A stretch of 64,000 nt of DNA from IMG/VR virus record IMGVR_UViG_3300037054_000044, positions 1 to 64,000 of that record; one strand, written 5' to 3'. The DNA is from a virus. Below are positions 38,025 through 47,761 of the stretch, one piece after another. Numbering within the stretch: the stretch's first letter is position 1; each line of letters begins with the position of its first letter. The notes beneath the pieces are model-generated. The model saw only the letters and a program-made list of their open reading frames with translations. It did not search any database and was not told where the DNA came from. Position numbers and translations under genes: made by a program.

Positions 38025-39725
38025 ATGTCACTATTTGCATATCCAAACCAGAGATACACCAGTCAACTGGGCTTAGCCCTCTTCGGACAAGAAGAGATAA
38101 TTGCGGAGAACTTCCTACTGATCGACGCAGCTTACGCGGCTGGTTCTTCAATTTCAGTTAACGGCACATTGGTGCCTTCCCCAAACCTGTCCTCCACCCT
38201 GCCCCTTGCGCCGTTGGGCGAGCAGCTAGTTACGTTCCAGTTTGACATCAATGGGAACATCTCAGCGTACGTTCCGATACCTGCCGCAGGAGGAGTGACT
38301 TCGTTCTCAGGGGACTCCGTTGTGTATAACAACGCACTGTCCGCTGGAGCGGTCACATTGTCTCTCATTGCGCAGGCAGCAAACTTTGTACTTGCAGGGC
38401 CAGCATCTGCTGGACCAACAGCACCTACCTTCCGCGCACTAGTTGCAGCGGACATCCCTTCACTATCGGGTACGTATTTGCCCTTGGCAGGTGGAACCCT
38501 TACAGGGAACCTGCTATTCAGTTTAGACAATGCACACACCATAGGAGCGGTGGGCGCAACGCGGCCTAGCATCATCTACGCAGGTACCTCTGTAATCGCT
38601 CCGCTCTTCAACGCAGCTACAGGCTTTCAAATCGCAGGTGCAGCACCCTCTGGACACTTCCTAGTCGGCAATGGCACAAACTACGTGGACGCCACGGCTC
38701 TGCCTTCCGGTACTGTTACATGGAACCAAATTGGCAACGCCGCCGCCGCCCTGTCCCTGTCCAATGCGAATTACGCTACGACATTCAACCAGACATCTGC
38801 AGTGGCGTGGACGTGGGCAAACACCACGGTCGGGACTGTAGGGTCCACCAACGCATCCCCATTGCTTGAACTCGCAGCTAACTACTGGGCAACTGGTGGC
38901 GCTACTGGCGTGGATTTGTGGACAATCGGTACTGCTGCGATAGTGGCAGGTTTGAACGGCAGAAGCAACCTGACTTTCACCCATACGGGTAGCACAGGAC
39001 AAGCCGCCGTTCAGGTACCATTGCTTGACATCGGTGGAACCGATGCAGGCATCTCTCGCCTCGGTGCAGCATCCTTAGCAATCGGCAATGGGACTGCTGG
39101 GGATTACTCTGGCAACTTGACTCTAGGAACCTTAGTCACAACAAGGTCAACTACTTTTATCAACGGAGCATCCTTCGGCGGCAATGGCTCTAGTGCAGGA
39201 ACCTTTATTCAACTCTATGCAGCAGCCAGTGATGGTAGCGCGGCCACAATCCTAGCAAACTTCTACGGATCAACACAGGGCATTCTGTACATCGGTAACT
39301 ACGCCCACCAAAACGCAATCGGAATCAACACAGATGGGACGTTCATCTTTGGTGCTGCACATGACTCGGGCATCTCCCGCCTCGGTGCAGCATCCTTAGC
39401 AATCGGCAATGGGACTGCTGGGGATTACTCTGGCAACTTGAGTTTCAACAGAGTTAGCCTTGCAGGTGCGGACTATGCTGGACAAGCAACTGTTACTGCT
39501 GCGGCAACGACCAAAGCAGTTACCTTTGCAGCTAACTATACTGGTACAGCACAGCCCGTGATTGTGCTGACGCCAACGTCTGACCCACTCGCTCTGGGGG
39601 TGCCGGTCGGATACTGGGTTACGTACAGTGGAGGCGCAGGCGCGTGGACTGGATTCACAGTGAACATACAAACAGCACTAGCAGGAAATGTGACGTTCAA
39701 TTACATTGTTATTGGCAAAGCATAA
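38025..39725 (+). CDS. Tail fibre protein
   Basis: PTFRALVAADIP, YLPLAGGTLTG motifs; Ala/Gly/Thr-rich. Confidence 0.8.
   Translation: MSLFAYPNQRYTSQLGLALFGQEEIIAENFLLIDAAYAAGSSISVNGTLVPSPNLSSTLPLAPLGEQLVTFQFDINGNISAYVPIPAAGGVTSFSGDSVVYNNALSAGAVTLSLIAQAANFVLAGPASAGPTAPTFRALVAADIPSLSGTYLPLAGGTLTGNLLFSLDNAHTIGAVGATRPSIIYAGTSVIAPLFNAATGFQIAGAAPSGHFLVGNGTNYVDATALPSGTVTWNQIGNAAAALSLSNANYATTFNQTSAVAWTWANTTVGTVGSTNASPLLELAANYWATGGATGVDLWTIGTAAIVAGLNGRSNLTFTHTGSTGQAAVQVPLLDIGGTDAGISRLGAASLAIGNGTAGDYSGNLTLGTLVTTRSTTFINGASFGGNGSSAGTFIQLYAAASDGSAATILANFYGSTQGILYIGNYAHQNAIGINTDGTFIFGAAHDSGISRLGAASLAIGNGTAGDYSGNLSFNRVSLAGADYAGQATVTAAATTKAVTFAANYTGTAQPVIVLTPTSDPLALGVPVGYWVTYSGGAGAWTGFTVNIQTALAGNVTFNYIVIGKA
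39048..39441 (+). repeat. 73-bp direct repeat (39048-39120 and 39369-39441, one mismatch)
   Basis: Both copies encode GISRLGAASLAIGNGTAGDYSGNL; period 321 bp, in frame. Confidence 0.95.
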
Positions 39726-39734
39726 GGATAAAAC

Positions 39735-40076
39735 ATGATCACACTTTCACCAGCATCTATCACCACCACCACAGCCGTGTTCAACGGCACCACACTGGTT
39801 ACGACTACGGATACCCTGCGCGTGTCCTATGTGGAGCTAAACCTCCCCGCAGGTTCCGTCGTGGCAATGCTCGACCGTGGTACAATGGTTGACGGTGTAT
39901 TCACGCCTAACCAGCCTCGGCTCCGCGTCGATGTTGCAGCGGACGGTACGTTCCGTTCTAACGACGGCGTATGGTCAGGCACACTGCCTAACTGGTCCAC
40001 GGCACTCACAGCACTTGCCTCGTCATTAGACGGGCTACTGCTAAGCGCTGGCCTAGTATCTGGCACAGCGGTGTAA
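39735..40076 (+). CDS. Hypothetical protein (possible fibre chaperone)
   Basis: Follows the fibre gene; RBS present. Confidence 0.55.
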   Translation: MITLSPASITTTTAVFNGTTLVTTTDTLRVSYVELNLPAGSVVAMLDRGTMVDGVFTPNQPRLRVDVAADGTFRSNDGVWSGTLPNWSTALTALASSLDGLLLSAGLVSGTAV

Positions 40077-40079
40077 GCT

Positions 40080-40376
40080 GTGCAACCAGACCAAATCAAC
40101 GTAGCACAGCAGGAAGCCCAAGCAGCGGCAGAGGGATACCCCCACCGCTGCTTAGTGGCAATCGACGTATGTGCCAATGTAATTTTGCTACGCGGTAGAC
40201 AGGGAGAAACTATATCTGCCCATGCGTACCGCGCAGCATTGCAGAACAAACTGTGGGGCCGTATACTAAACGGTGCCCTCAACCTCATTCAAAGCAATCA
40301 CGGCGCGAAGGCTGCGGCGGGAGACCTAGAACGGGCGACTTCAATCGCAGATACCGAAGAGAAAATCTTGAAGTAG
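40080..40376 (+). CDS. Hypothetical phage protein
   Basis: AIDV.ANV...G...ETISA pattern. Confidence 0.6.
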   Translation: MQPDQINVAQQEAQAAAEGYPHRCLVAIDVCANVILLRGRQGETISAHAYRAALQNKLWGRILNGALNLIQSNHGAKAAAGDLERATSIADTEEKILK

Positions 40377-40385
40377 GAGCATGCT

Positions 40386-40712
40386 GTGTTTAGTCCAGAG
40401 CTAGCAGCATTCGGATACAAGTTGGCTGCAAGTGCAGCCGTAGGAGCAATCATGGCCATTATCCTTTGGCCGTTCCGTAAGATAAAAAAAGAATGGGCTG
40501 TGTTGAAAACGGAGCAAGCATCCATTCACACTGAACTGGTAAAGCAACGAGAAAATCACCTTACTCATATTGAAGAGTATGGCAAGCGGCAGATTGAACT
40601 GCTAGGGGAAGTTTCGAAGACCCTGACAAGTATGGCCCTGTCCCAAGCAGAACAGACTGGCTTCCTCCGTGCATCCGCTATGCCCATGCGCCGCAGGACC
40701 GCTAAGAAATGA
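40386..40712 (+). CDS. Membrane protein, possible holin
   Basis: N-terminal TM segment, basic C-terminus. Confidence 0.5.
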   Translation: MFSPELAAFGYKLAASAAVGAIMAIILWPFRKIKKEWAVLKTEQASIHTELVKQRENHLTHIEEYGKRQIELLGEVSKTLTSMALSQAEQTGFLRASAMPMRRRTAKK

Positions 40713-41125
40713 AGGAAACACCTATGGTAAACGGTAACAGTACATTAGTAGAGGTATTAGCAGAGCGCATCTCCAACCTTTCGAGACGAGTCGATGAGCA
40801 GGTAGTAATCTCGAAAACATCAGTTGACGCCGCACTCACGGCTATCAGCGTAGCCAAGCTGGATCAAGAACGCACGGTTTCCGTAGCCTTCTCCGCTGCC
40901 GAAAAGGCCAACGCTAAGACTGAAGAGTCACAGAAGGAAAGCAATCGGGCTATCGGCGTCCTACAGAACGATGTGGTCAGTTTGAAGGAAAGCCGCTCAC
41001 AGAACGTGGGTGATAGAACCGCCAAAACAGAGGATAAGCAGCAATTCAACCTCAATACCGGCCTACTGGTCACCATCGGCCTTGCGTTGATTGCGCTGGT
41101 CTTCAAGATGTTCCTAATGAAATAA
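40709..41125 (+). CDS. Coiled-coil protein with C-terminal TM segment
   Basis: Sequence pattern. Confidence 0.55.
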   Translation: MKETPMVNGNSTLVEVLAERISNLSRRVDEQVVISKTSVDAALTAISVAKLDQERTVSVAFSAAEKANAKTEESQKESNRAIGVLQNDVVSLKESRSQNVGDRTAKTEDKQQFNLNTGLLVTIGLALIALVFKMFLMK

Positions 41126-41129
41126 AGCA

Positions 41130-41159
41130 TTGACAACTCCACATACCGTGTGGTAGACT
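41130..41159 (+). promoter_or_regulatory. sigma70-like promoter
   Basis: TTGACA-18-TAGACT. Confidence 0.6.
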
Positions 41160-41192
41160 TTAACTGTGGTACAACTCCAATTTGAGGAATCA

Positions 41193-42818
41193 ATGAAAGA
41201 GAAGAGTAAACAGCAGCAGCACGGCGAAGAGCAACGCAAGCGGATTGCCGAACTTTATGCAAAACATGCAGGCAAAGTTCCAGACATTGCGAGAGCAATG
41301 GGACTGGCGCGGAGCACTGTGTGGGAGCATCTTCAAAAGTTAGGCATTAAAAAGCCGCTTGCAGGTGGTAAGCAACGTGCAGCAGAAATTAAGGAACCTC
41401 TACCTATCTCTGGGAGCGTCAAACGCTACATCCTGACATCTGCCCAGAACAACACGTTCGTCCATGAAGACTTTTGGGAGAACGTCGAAGCAATGGCAAA
41501 GTATTACAAGGCACAGATTCTTGTCGGCACCTTCAGCTACAACCAGAACAACTTTGGTAAGCTGGCCGTCAAGAACGGCACCAAGAAAGCGTACGAAGAT
41601 GACTTGTGGTATGACCCCAAGGTCACGCCGTACATCAGCGATGCTCCTAGGGAGCTAGCGCCGGGGCTCAAATGGTGTGGCAATCTCAATGTGCTACCCA
41701 CGGAAGACAACCCGATATCTGGGTTGGAAACCTACGGCGGTTCGGCAAGCATCATCTTCCCACACACGAAGATAGAGATGCGGTCTATTGCTACAATGCC
41801 GGATATGCCTGTCAAGATGGTTTATACCACGGGTGCTTGCACCCTTATGAACTATCTGCAGAAGAAACTGGGCATCAAAGCGGAGCATCACCATCGCTAC
41901 GCCTTCCTCCTCGTAGAGGTAGACGGTGAAGGCAACTGGTGGGTCAGACAAGTCGCGGCTAGGAAGAACGGGCGCAGCATTCAAGACTTGAATGTTGTTG
42001 TCGAAGACGGAGTGGTTTATACGGATGGAACAGCCGAAGCAATTACATGGGGTGATCTACACTCAACGATAGCACAGCCTGAGGTTGTAGAGTCTTCTCT
42101 GAACATGCTGGACACTTTACGTCCAAAGTACCAGTTTTTGCATGACATCATGGAGGGCGCATCCACCAACAGACACTTGCAAGGTAAGGTAGAACCCTAC
42201 AAACGCTTCCACACATGGCTTAGGGGTCTGCACAGAGTAGATGAGGAATTGCGACAGACGAGAGTTATGGTTGAAAAGTACCTCCGTCCATGGTGCAAGA
42301 CTATTGTGCCGGATTCAAATCACGACAGGGCATGGTTGAGGTCATGGTTGGAGAACTACGACTATCGGTTCGATCCTGCAAACTCAGAGTTGTTCTTGCG
42401 TCTTCAGAACTTTGCATACGCTGAAATTCGCGGCGGAAAACTTCCGAAGAACATCAACTTTTCAGAGCATGCCTTTGAGGTAGAAGCTGGCATGAAACAT
42501 GGAGCAGTAAAGTTCCTGTTGCCAGACGAATCCTTCGAGGTCAAGGAAGTAGAATGTGGCTGCCACGGGCATTTGGGTCCGAACGGGGCGTTCGGGAGTC
42601 CATCTAACCTTTCCAAAATTGGCAAGAAAGCCACCACAGCACACACTCACTCTTGCGGAATCTTTCACGGACTTTACGTGGCAGGAACCTCAACTAAGTT
42701 AACAAAGGACTGGACGTACACGAGCGGACCTAGCTCGTGGAGTCACAGTCACGTAGCACTCTACCCAAATGGGCAGAGAACTATAATTACTGTGAAGAAC
42801 GGGAAGTGGAGAGCCTAA
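41193..42818 (+). CDS. HTH + metallophosphoesterase-like protein resembling phage T5 A1-family proteins
   Basis: IARAMGLARSTV; YILTSAQNNT; WGDLH, SNHD, HGHLGPNG, AHTHS. Confidence 0.6.
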   Translation: MKEKSKQQQHGEEQRKRIAELYAKHAGKVPDIARAMGLARSTVWEHLQKLGIKKPLAGGKQRAAEIKEPLPISGSVKRYILTSAQNNTFVHEDFWENVEAMAKYYKAQILVGTFSYNQNNFGKLAVKNGTKKAYEDDLWYDPKVTPYISDAPRELAPGLKWCGNLNVLPTEDNPISGLETYGGSASIIFPHTKIEMRSIATMPDMPVKMVYTTGACTLMNYLQKKLGIKAEHHHRYAFLLVEVDGEGNWWVRQVAARKNGRSIQDLNVVVEDGVVYTDGTAEAITWGDLHSTIAQPEVVESSLNMLDTLRPKYQFLHDIMEGASTNRHLQGKVEPYKRFHTWLRGLHRVDEELRQTRVMVEKYLRPWCKTIVPDSNHDRAWLRSWLENYDYRFDPANSELFLRLQNFAYAEIRGGKLPKNINFSEHAFEVEAGMKHGAVKFLLPDESFEVKEVECGCHGHLGPNGAFGSPSNLSKIGKKATTAHTHSCGIFHGLYVAGTSTKLTKDWTYTSGPSSWSHSHVALYPNGQRTIITVKNGKWRA

Positions 42819-43354
42819 TGCGATGCGCATGTGGTTGCGGTACAGATGCAGGCGTATACAAACGCACCCACAAGTCCTCGGGACACGTAGAGGGTGAACC
42901 TAAGAGATTCGTGCAAGGACACAACTCCATGCATGGAACGCATATTAAAGTATGCAAGAGAGGTCACCCTAGGGTCGAAGGGGAGTTAAAGTGCAGGGTT
43001 TGCAGAGCAGCGGCTTGTAGAAATTGGGGAAAGAACAACCCAGAGAAACTAAGAGCATTGAATCTGAAGTTCAAATTCAAAATAACACCTGAAGTAATTG
43101 ATGAGAAACTTACGAAGCAGAACAATAGGTGTGCTTTATGTGACTCTTTATTTTGCTCTGAAAATCTTCCTTGCGTAGACCACAGCCATAAGTGTTGCTC
43201 AGGCGACCGCAGTTGCGGCAAATGCGTACGTGGCTTGCTTTGCAGTACCTGCAATTCTGGGCTAGGTTATCTGCATGATGATGTAACGTTGTTGGAAAAA
43301 GGCATTCAGTACCTCAAGAAATGGGAGACTCAGTGGAACAACAGGAATACATAA
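42818..43354 (+). CDS. Endonuclease VII-like putative homing endonuclease
   Basis: CACGCG N-module; QNNRCALC...VDHSH...VRGLLC..CN. Confidence 0.85.
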   Translation: MRCACGCGTDAGVYKRTHKSSGHVEGEPKRFVQGHNSMHGTHIKVCKRGHPRVEGELKCRVCRAAACRNWGKNNPEKLRALNLKFKFKITPEVIDEKLTKQNNRCALCDSLFCSENLPCVDHSHKCCSGDRSCGKCVRGLLCSTCNSGLGYLHDDVTLLEKGIQYLKKWETQWNNRNT

Positions 43355-43503
43355 TTCGCACCGAATCTGCAAGGTCGTACACCTACGGACTCGGCAAGGT
43401 CGTGAGCCCCGGCGTTGCGTACTTCGAACGGGGAACATACGGCTTAACCAAGGAAGAACTCAACGCTGCATTGAAGAAGGTCGGAAAGGTGACTCTACGA
43501 TGA
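43333..43503 (+). CDS. Hypothetical protein
   Basis: GGGAG RBS + GTG start. Confidence 0.5.
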   Translation: MEQQEYIIRTESARSYTYGLGKVVSPGVAYFERGTYGLTKEELNAALKKVGKVTLR

Positions 43504-43626
43504 GATACGAAGAGAAGGACTTGTTCACAGGCATTGAGGGCATGGACCCAGTAATGATTGACGGCTGGGATGGCATCACCGATTGCGACATTACCGTGGG
43601 CCTCATTGGTGGAGTCATCATCTAAC

Positions 43627-44349
43627 ATGGCAATTGACTCAGTGATATTTGGATTCGGCTATCGGGCTCGCTCTGGTAAAGACACAGCCGTTGCCGAGAT
43701 AATTAAACAGCGCGGATTGCTGCCAGTTGGACCCCAAGAAGACGGGTATACAATTGGAGCAAACGTAAACAACGACCGCTACGACATCCGCAAGTACTCC
43801 TTTGCAGACGCATTGCGTAGCGAAGTGGATGCCGAGTACCGCAAGGCAGGTAGTGTGGAGAAAGTTTTTAGTCCTGACTACTGCTTCGCAAAGAAGGGGT
43901 ACGTTGTGACTCTGCCTGAATGGGTTCAGTATGACCCCAATGGGGAAGTCAACGAACAGTACCCACGCGGTAAGCAGCGCTCCTTCCTGCAATGGTGGGG
44001 CACAGAGTATCGCCGCTCAGATGACGACAACTATTGGGTCAAGCGATTGGCCGAACAGATCGAACTGGAGAAACCCCAGATCGCGCTGATCACGGACATG
44101 AGATTCCCGAACGAGATGTCGTTTGTACTGCAGTATGGCGAGACAGTTCGCGTGGATCGTGCAGGGCTTCCGCCTAGCACCCACGCATCGGAAACGGCTC
44201 TACAAGATGTGTCGGACGAGGACTGGTCAATAATTTTGGAGAACAATGGGACTTTAGAGGAGTTTCTGGAAGGTGCGGTCACGGCCTTCGATGAACTCTT
44301 GCTGAACTTTCCACAACAACGAAATGTAAGACAGGCGCTTGGAGTCTAG
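43627..44349 (+). CDS. Deoxynucleoside monophosphate kinase
   Basis: GYRARSGKDT, SFADALR, LQWWGTEYRR, ITDMRFPNE, HASE. Confidence 0.9.
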   Translation: MAIDSVIFGFGYRARSGKDTAVAEIIKQRGLLPVGPQEDGYTIGANVNNDRYDIRKYSFADALRSEVDAEYRKAGSVEKVFSPDYCFAKKGYVVTLPEWVQYDPNGEVNEQYPRGKQRSFLQWWGTEYRRSDDDNYWVKRLAEQIELEKPQIALITDMRFPNEMSFVLQYGETVRVDRAGLPPSTHASETALQDVSDEDWSIILENNGTLEEFLEGAVTAFDELLLNFPQQRNVRQALGV

Positions 44350-44359
44350 AACCGCCTAT

Positions 44360-44400
44360 GCCCTGCCACAGTTCCAAGAACTGGCAGGGCTTTGATTTTT
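44360..44400 (+). terminator. Intrinsic terminator
   Basis: GCCCTGCCA/TGGCAGGGC hairpin followed by a T-run. Confidence 0.7.
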
Positions 44401-44468
44401 GCTAAGGAGTCGAACAGAGGGCCACATAAAGTGGGCGACTATAAATTGTGCTCTTGGGTGAGAACATT

Positions 44469-45173
44469 ATGCGTAAGATTTTCAGAAGTCTAGCCAGCCT
44501 AGTGATCATTGCGACACTGGCAATCAGCCCTGCTTTCGGCATCCACAAGAAGCAGCTAACCAAATTACAAGAGAACCAGCACAAGTCCATGCACGAGATT
44601 GTCATGGTCAACCGCGACGAGAACGGCAAGGTCATTGGTGGAGGACTCTGCACAGCATATGCAGTCGGACCCCATACCCTGCTCACCGCAGAGCATTGCA
44701 ACGATGAGTATGCCACAGGCGTCTACATTGATGCCCCGCTGCAACTCATCCGCCCACAGCAGGTGATGTCCTACAAGATCATCAGCCGCACGTTCGACAA
44801 GCAGGATCATATGCTGCTAGATGTCTCTGGCATCTACTTCAAGAACACCATCGAACTGACTGACCACGTACGAGTACCGCGCCAGGGCGAGCACACTTAC
44901 CAATGGGGCAACCCTGGTGGGATACGTGACCAGTACCGCGAAGGCGTAGTCATGGGAAACATGCCTAGTTCCGGTGACGATGAAATTGACGCCACAGGAG
45001 TTGTGTACCTCATCCAAGAGACAGTCATTGGTGGCGACTCCGGTAGCTCAGTCTTCTCCGCAGAGGATGGACAACTCATCGGCATCATCACGTACGGAAT
45101 TGACGATGGAAAACTAGCAGGTGTGTACGCCATCGCCTTCACGCAGGCACAGATCACAGCATCAATGAAGTAA
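44469..45173 (+). CDS. Secreted trypsin-like serine protease
   Basis: Signal peptide; LLTAEHC, GGDSGS. Confidence 0.85.
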   Translation: MRKIFRSLASLVIIATLAISPAFGIHKKQLTKLQENQHKSMHEIVMVNRDENGKVIGGGLCTAYAVGPHTLLTAEHCNDEYATGVYIDAPLQLIRPQQVMSYKIISRTFDKQDHMLLDVSGIYFKNTIELTDHVRVPRQGEHTYQWGNPGGIRDQYREGVVMGNMPSSGDDEIDATGVVYLIQETVIGGDSGSSVFSAEDGQLIGIITYGIDDGKLAGVYAIAFTQAQITASMK

Positions 45174-45189
45174 TCCAAAGGAGACTCAG

Positions 45190-45906
45190 ATGACCATTGC
45201 AACAATCAGTACATACGTAAAGGCGCACGAGCGGCTAGTCCTAGCAGGGATCGCCGCCGTGCTCCTGTGGTTCGCTGTAGGGCATGTGGAAAGCATTATC
45301 GCCGCACATGACAACGCAAATCTCACACAGGCGAAGGTCGTAGCGCAAAGCCAAGCGGACAAGACCGCTGCGCTCGCCGCACAGGTGGAACAACAATCGG
45401 CGCAGTATCAGGCACTGGCCACTAAGCTAGACGCACAGAATGCGGCATTGGTAGCAGCCAACACACAGCTTGCCACAGCGCTCGCGCAGCAGCAACGCAC
45501 GGACGCTGGTTTACCGCCTAGCGAACTCGCCCAGCGGTGGAACACCCTTGTCCCTTCAGCGAATGTCACTGTTTCAACAAACGGTGAAACCCTCCCAACG
45601 AGTGGCGCTATAGCGACCGTGCAGAGCCTCGAACAGGTACCCGTGCTGCAGAAGCAACTAGGCAACACACAGGATGAGCTAAAGAGCGCCCAGCAGCTTC
45701 TAGGTTTGTCTCAGAATGAGAATACAACGCTCAATTCCGAGGTTTCTAGCCTAAACGTTCAGCTAAAAGACAATCAAACCGTATGTAATCAACAGATTGC
45801 AGTTATTAAGGCCGAGGGACGGCGCAGCAAAAGGCGCTGGTTCGCCATTGGCTTCGTCTCGGGCTTCATTACAAGGCAGTGGATCAAGACCAGCACAGGG
45901 CTATAA
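45190..45906 (+). CDS. Membrane-anchored coiled-coil protein (spanin-like)
   Basis: N-terminal TM segment and long Q/A coiled coil. Confidence 0.5.
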   Translation: MTIATISTYVKAHERLVLAGIAAVLLWFAVGHVESIIAAHDNANLTQAKVVAQSQADKTAALAAQVEQQSAQYQALATKLDAQNAALVAANTQLATALAQQQRTDAGLPPSELAQRWNTLVPSANVTVSTNGETLPTSGAIATVQSLEQVPVLQKQLGNTQDELKSAQQLLGLSQNENTTLNSEVSSLNVQLKDNQTVCNQQIAVIKAEGRRSKRRWFAIGFVSGFITRQWIKTSTGL

Positions 45907-46056
45907 AGTGCCCAAAGGAGCCCGTACAGCGATGTTTAGGGAGCGGCCACAGCAGAGTGGCTTAGCATGCCTCGCGCTCGCGTAGCGGTCTGCAATGCGA
46001 AATACAGAGTTTGCCACCTGAGCAGGTCGGACCATTACCTCAGAACGGCTCCAAAT

Positions 46057-46132
46057 AGGGGGATAAGATAACTGACTAATCGGCTCGTTTCCAAAACCTG
46101 CAATCTGGGTTCAAATCCCAGTCGCCCTACCA
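46057..46132 (+). tRNA. Degenerate tRNA-Trp(CCA)-like gene
   Basis: AGGGGGA/TCGCCCT-A-CCA acceptor; perfect T arm CTGGG-TTCAAAT-CCCAG; TTCCAAA loop; anticodon stem mispaired. Confidence 0.65.
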
Positions 46133-46161
46133 AAGTTTAGAATCAAGAAAAGGAATAACAC

Positions 46162-46548
46162 ATGTCCACCGGAATCAATAAAAATGGAAAAGCAGTAAAC
46201 ATCAACGATGCAGTCAGCATCATAGGCAAGGTAGTGGCTGTGAGTGGCATTGGATCACTCGCTTCGGTTACTGTGCAATCCCCTCTCGATGCCGGAACCT
46301 ATGTTATCACCTCGTATGATGCGTACGCAGTGCAGCAAGAGTATAACTCCACTAACCCCGACGCTCTATACCCAGCGGTTTCCATTGACGGAAAGCACTA
46401 CGGCCAAGCTGGGGACGACCTTACAGCGCTTGGTGTTTGCACAGCGATTAGTGGTTCTGGTCTCAATGCAATCCTCACGGTACTGTTGAAGACTAGCCAG
46501 ACATCCATCAACACTGCTGCAGGTAATTGCTCGTCTGACAACGTCTAA
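46162..46548 (+). CDS. Two-repeat beta-rich protein related to 18387
   Basis: Internal duplication ..NG/DG...D...G...A.SG.G..A..TV. Confidence 0.6.
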   Translation: MSTGINKNGKAVNINDAVSIIGKVVAVSGIGSLASVTVQSPLDAGTYVITSYDAYAVQQEYNSTNPDALYPAVSIDGKHYGQAGDDLTALGVCTAISGSGLNAILTVLLKTSQTSINTAAGNCSSDNV

Positions 46549-46563
46549 ACTGAGGTGACCCCC

Positions 46564-46728
46564 ATGCCTTCTGTCGGGCAGCTAATAGCGGCACGCGCAC
46601 AGCGTGACGTTGTGTTCCGCAAAGAAGTACTAAGGGCTCTGTACAAGAGATTAGCCGAGGCAGAACCCAAGACGCCGCTGTGGAGGAACCTAGACAAAGC
46701 CATCACAGCGTTCGAGAGAATGAAATAG
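46564..46728 (+). CDS. Hypothetical protein
   Basis: GAGGTG RBS; open frame. Confidence 0.5.
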   Translation: MPSVGQLIAARAQRDVVFRKEVLRALYKRLAEAEPKTPLWRNLDKAITAFERMK

Positions 46729-46735
46729 AAACGAC

Positions 46736-46778
46736 AAATGCCCCACAAACCCTTTCGGGAATGTGGGGCATTTTTTTT
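46736..46778. terminator. Terminator at the convergence of the two genome arms
   Basis: AAATGCCCCACA/TGTGGGGCATTT hairpin followed by T8. Confidence 0.85.
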
Positions 46779-46780
46779 GT

Positions 46781-46996
46781 CTATGCTAGGTTTTCTTTGT
46801 AGTTGCGAAGGGCCTTCTTGGCGTAGAACGAAGCCTCCTCCAGTTTAGTACGGATGATGGATACTTCCCGTGAGCCACCGGGGAGAAGTTCTTCCAGTTC
46901 ATATAAGAAAGCTGTGAACTTCTCGGCAACGGCAACAGCCTTTTCTCGGCCTACTGTACTGTAGGGTGCGAAGCTAAAGAGAGGGTCAACGCTCAT
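46781..46996 (-). CDS. Acb2/Tad1-hairpin-like small protein (candidate anti-defence nucleotide sponge)
   Basis: F.F....A..F......LP.SRE.SI..TKLEEASFYAKKA. Confidence 0.55.
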   Translation of the reverse strand: MSVDPLFSFAPYSTVGREKAVAVAEKFTAFLYELEELLPGGSREVSIIRTKLEEASFYAKKALRNYKENLA

Positions 46997-47304
46997 AGCA
47001 AAGCCCATGGTGTCGGCACCATCTTCTTTGCCACGATGAGTAGGTCTTTCTTGTTGTTCTCGGTTTCGAGGATGATCTGTTCTCCTGTGCCTTCGCTCAG
47101 GTTGACAAGCATGACCAACTCAGGGATCGTCAGACCGTTAATCAAGCCCTTTTCATTAGCAGGAGCAATGGACATCAACCTGCGTCTGTTGGAACTGCTG
47201 CCGACCGCTATAGTGTACGCACGGACCTTTGCACGGTATTCCTCGTAGTTCAGTTGCAAACCTTCGTACAGTTTCTTTGCGGATGGTGCCTTGCACTTCT
47301 TCAT
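46993..47304 (-). CDS. Hypothetical protein
   Basis: AAGGAG RBS before MKKCKAP. Confidence 0.55.
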   Translation of the reverse strand: MKKCKAPSAKKLYEGLQLNYEEYRAKVRAYTIAVGSSSNRRRLMSIAPANEKGLINGLTIPELVMLVNLSEGTGEQIILETENNKKDLLIVAKKMVPTPWALL

Positions 47305-47476
47305 AGTTCTCCTTTGAGTTGGAAAGCAATCGGTACAACTTTTTTCTTCACAATCACATCTCATAGCCACCTCTACCTGTTGGCGTTTCAGGGGTGAAAA
47401 TAATTATCACTAGCACCACCAGTACTGCCCATCCCCACCAAGGAACACTGCTTAGAGTACTCATAGAATGTCCCCT

Positions 47477-47749
47477 TTACTCGTTCACTACTTTTACAAC
47501 GTTCCAAACGCCATTGTACTTTGGGGAAAACTCTTTGGCGTATTTAAGGTACGCTGTGCCTTTCCATGGAACACTGAATGCCATGCGTTTAACGATGCCT
47601 TCTGGAGTGATCACAAGAAACTTCTGTGGACCGTTACCAGTAGACTCGTTGTCAATGAAAATTCCAATTGACCCGTCAGAGTGCTGCTTCATTGAAAAAA
47701 CAACTTCAACTTGTCTCTCGTGTCTGTTCTGAGTTACTGCCTTTAACAC
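47477..47749 (-). CDS. Hypothetical protein
   Basis: ORF co-oriented with neighbours. Confidence 0.45.
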   Translation of the reverse strand: MLKAVTQNRHERQVEVVFSMKQHSDGSIGIFIDNESTGNGPQKFLVITPEGIVKRMAFSVPWKGTAYLKYAKEFSPKYNGVWNVVKVVNE

Positions 47750-47761
47750 TTACATTGAACT

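Noticed and set aside
39048-39441. Diversity-generating retroelement TR/VR pair
   Set aside because: The only mismatch is T/C rather than adenine-specific, and no reverse transcriptase is in the window.
1461-42390. ACTCAG copies deep inside coding regions (e.g. 1461, 17421, 21372, 35851, 42382)
   Set aside because: Roughly a dozen hexamer hits are expected by chance in 46 kb, so they were not counted as regulatory sites.
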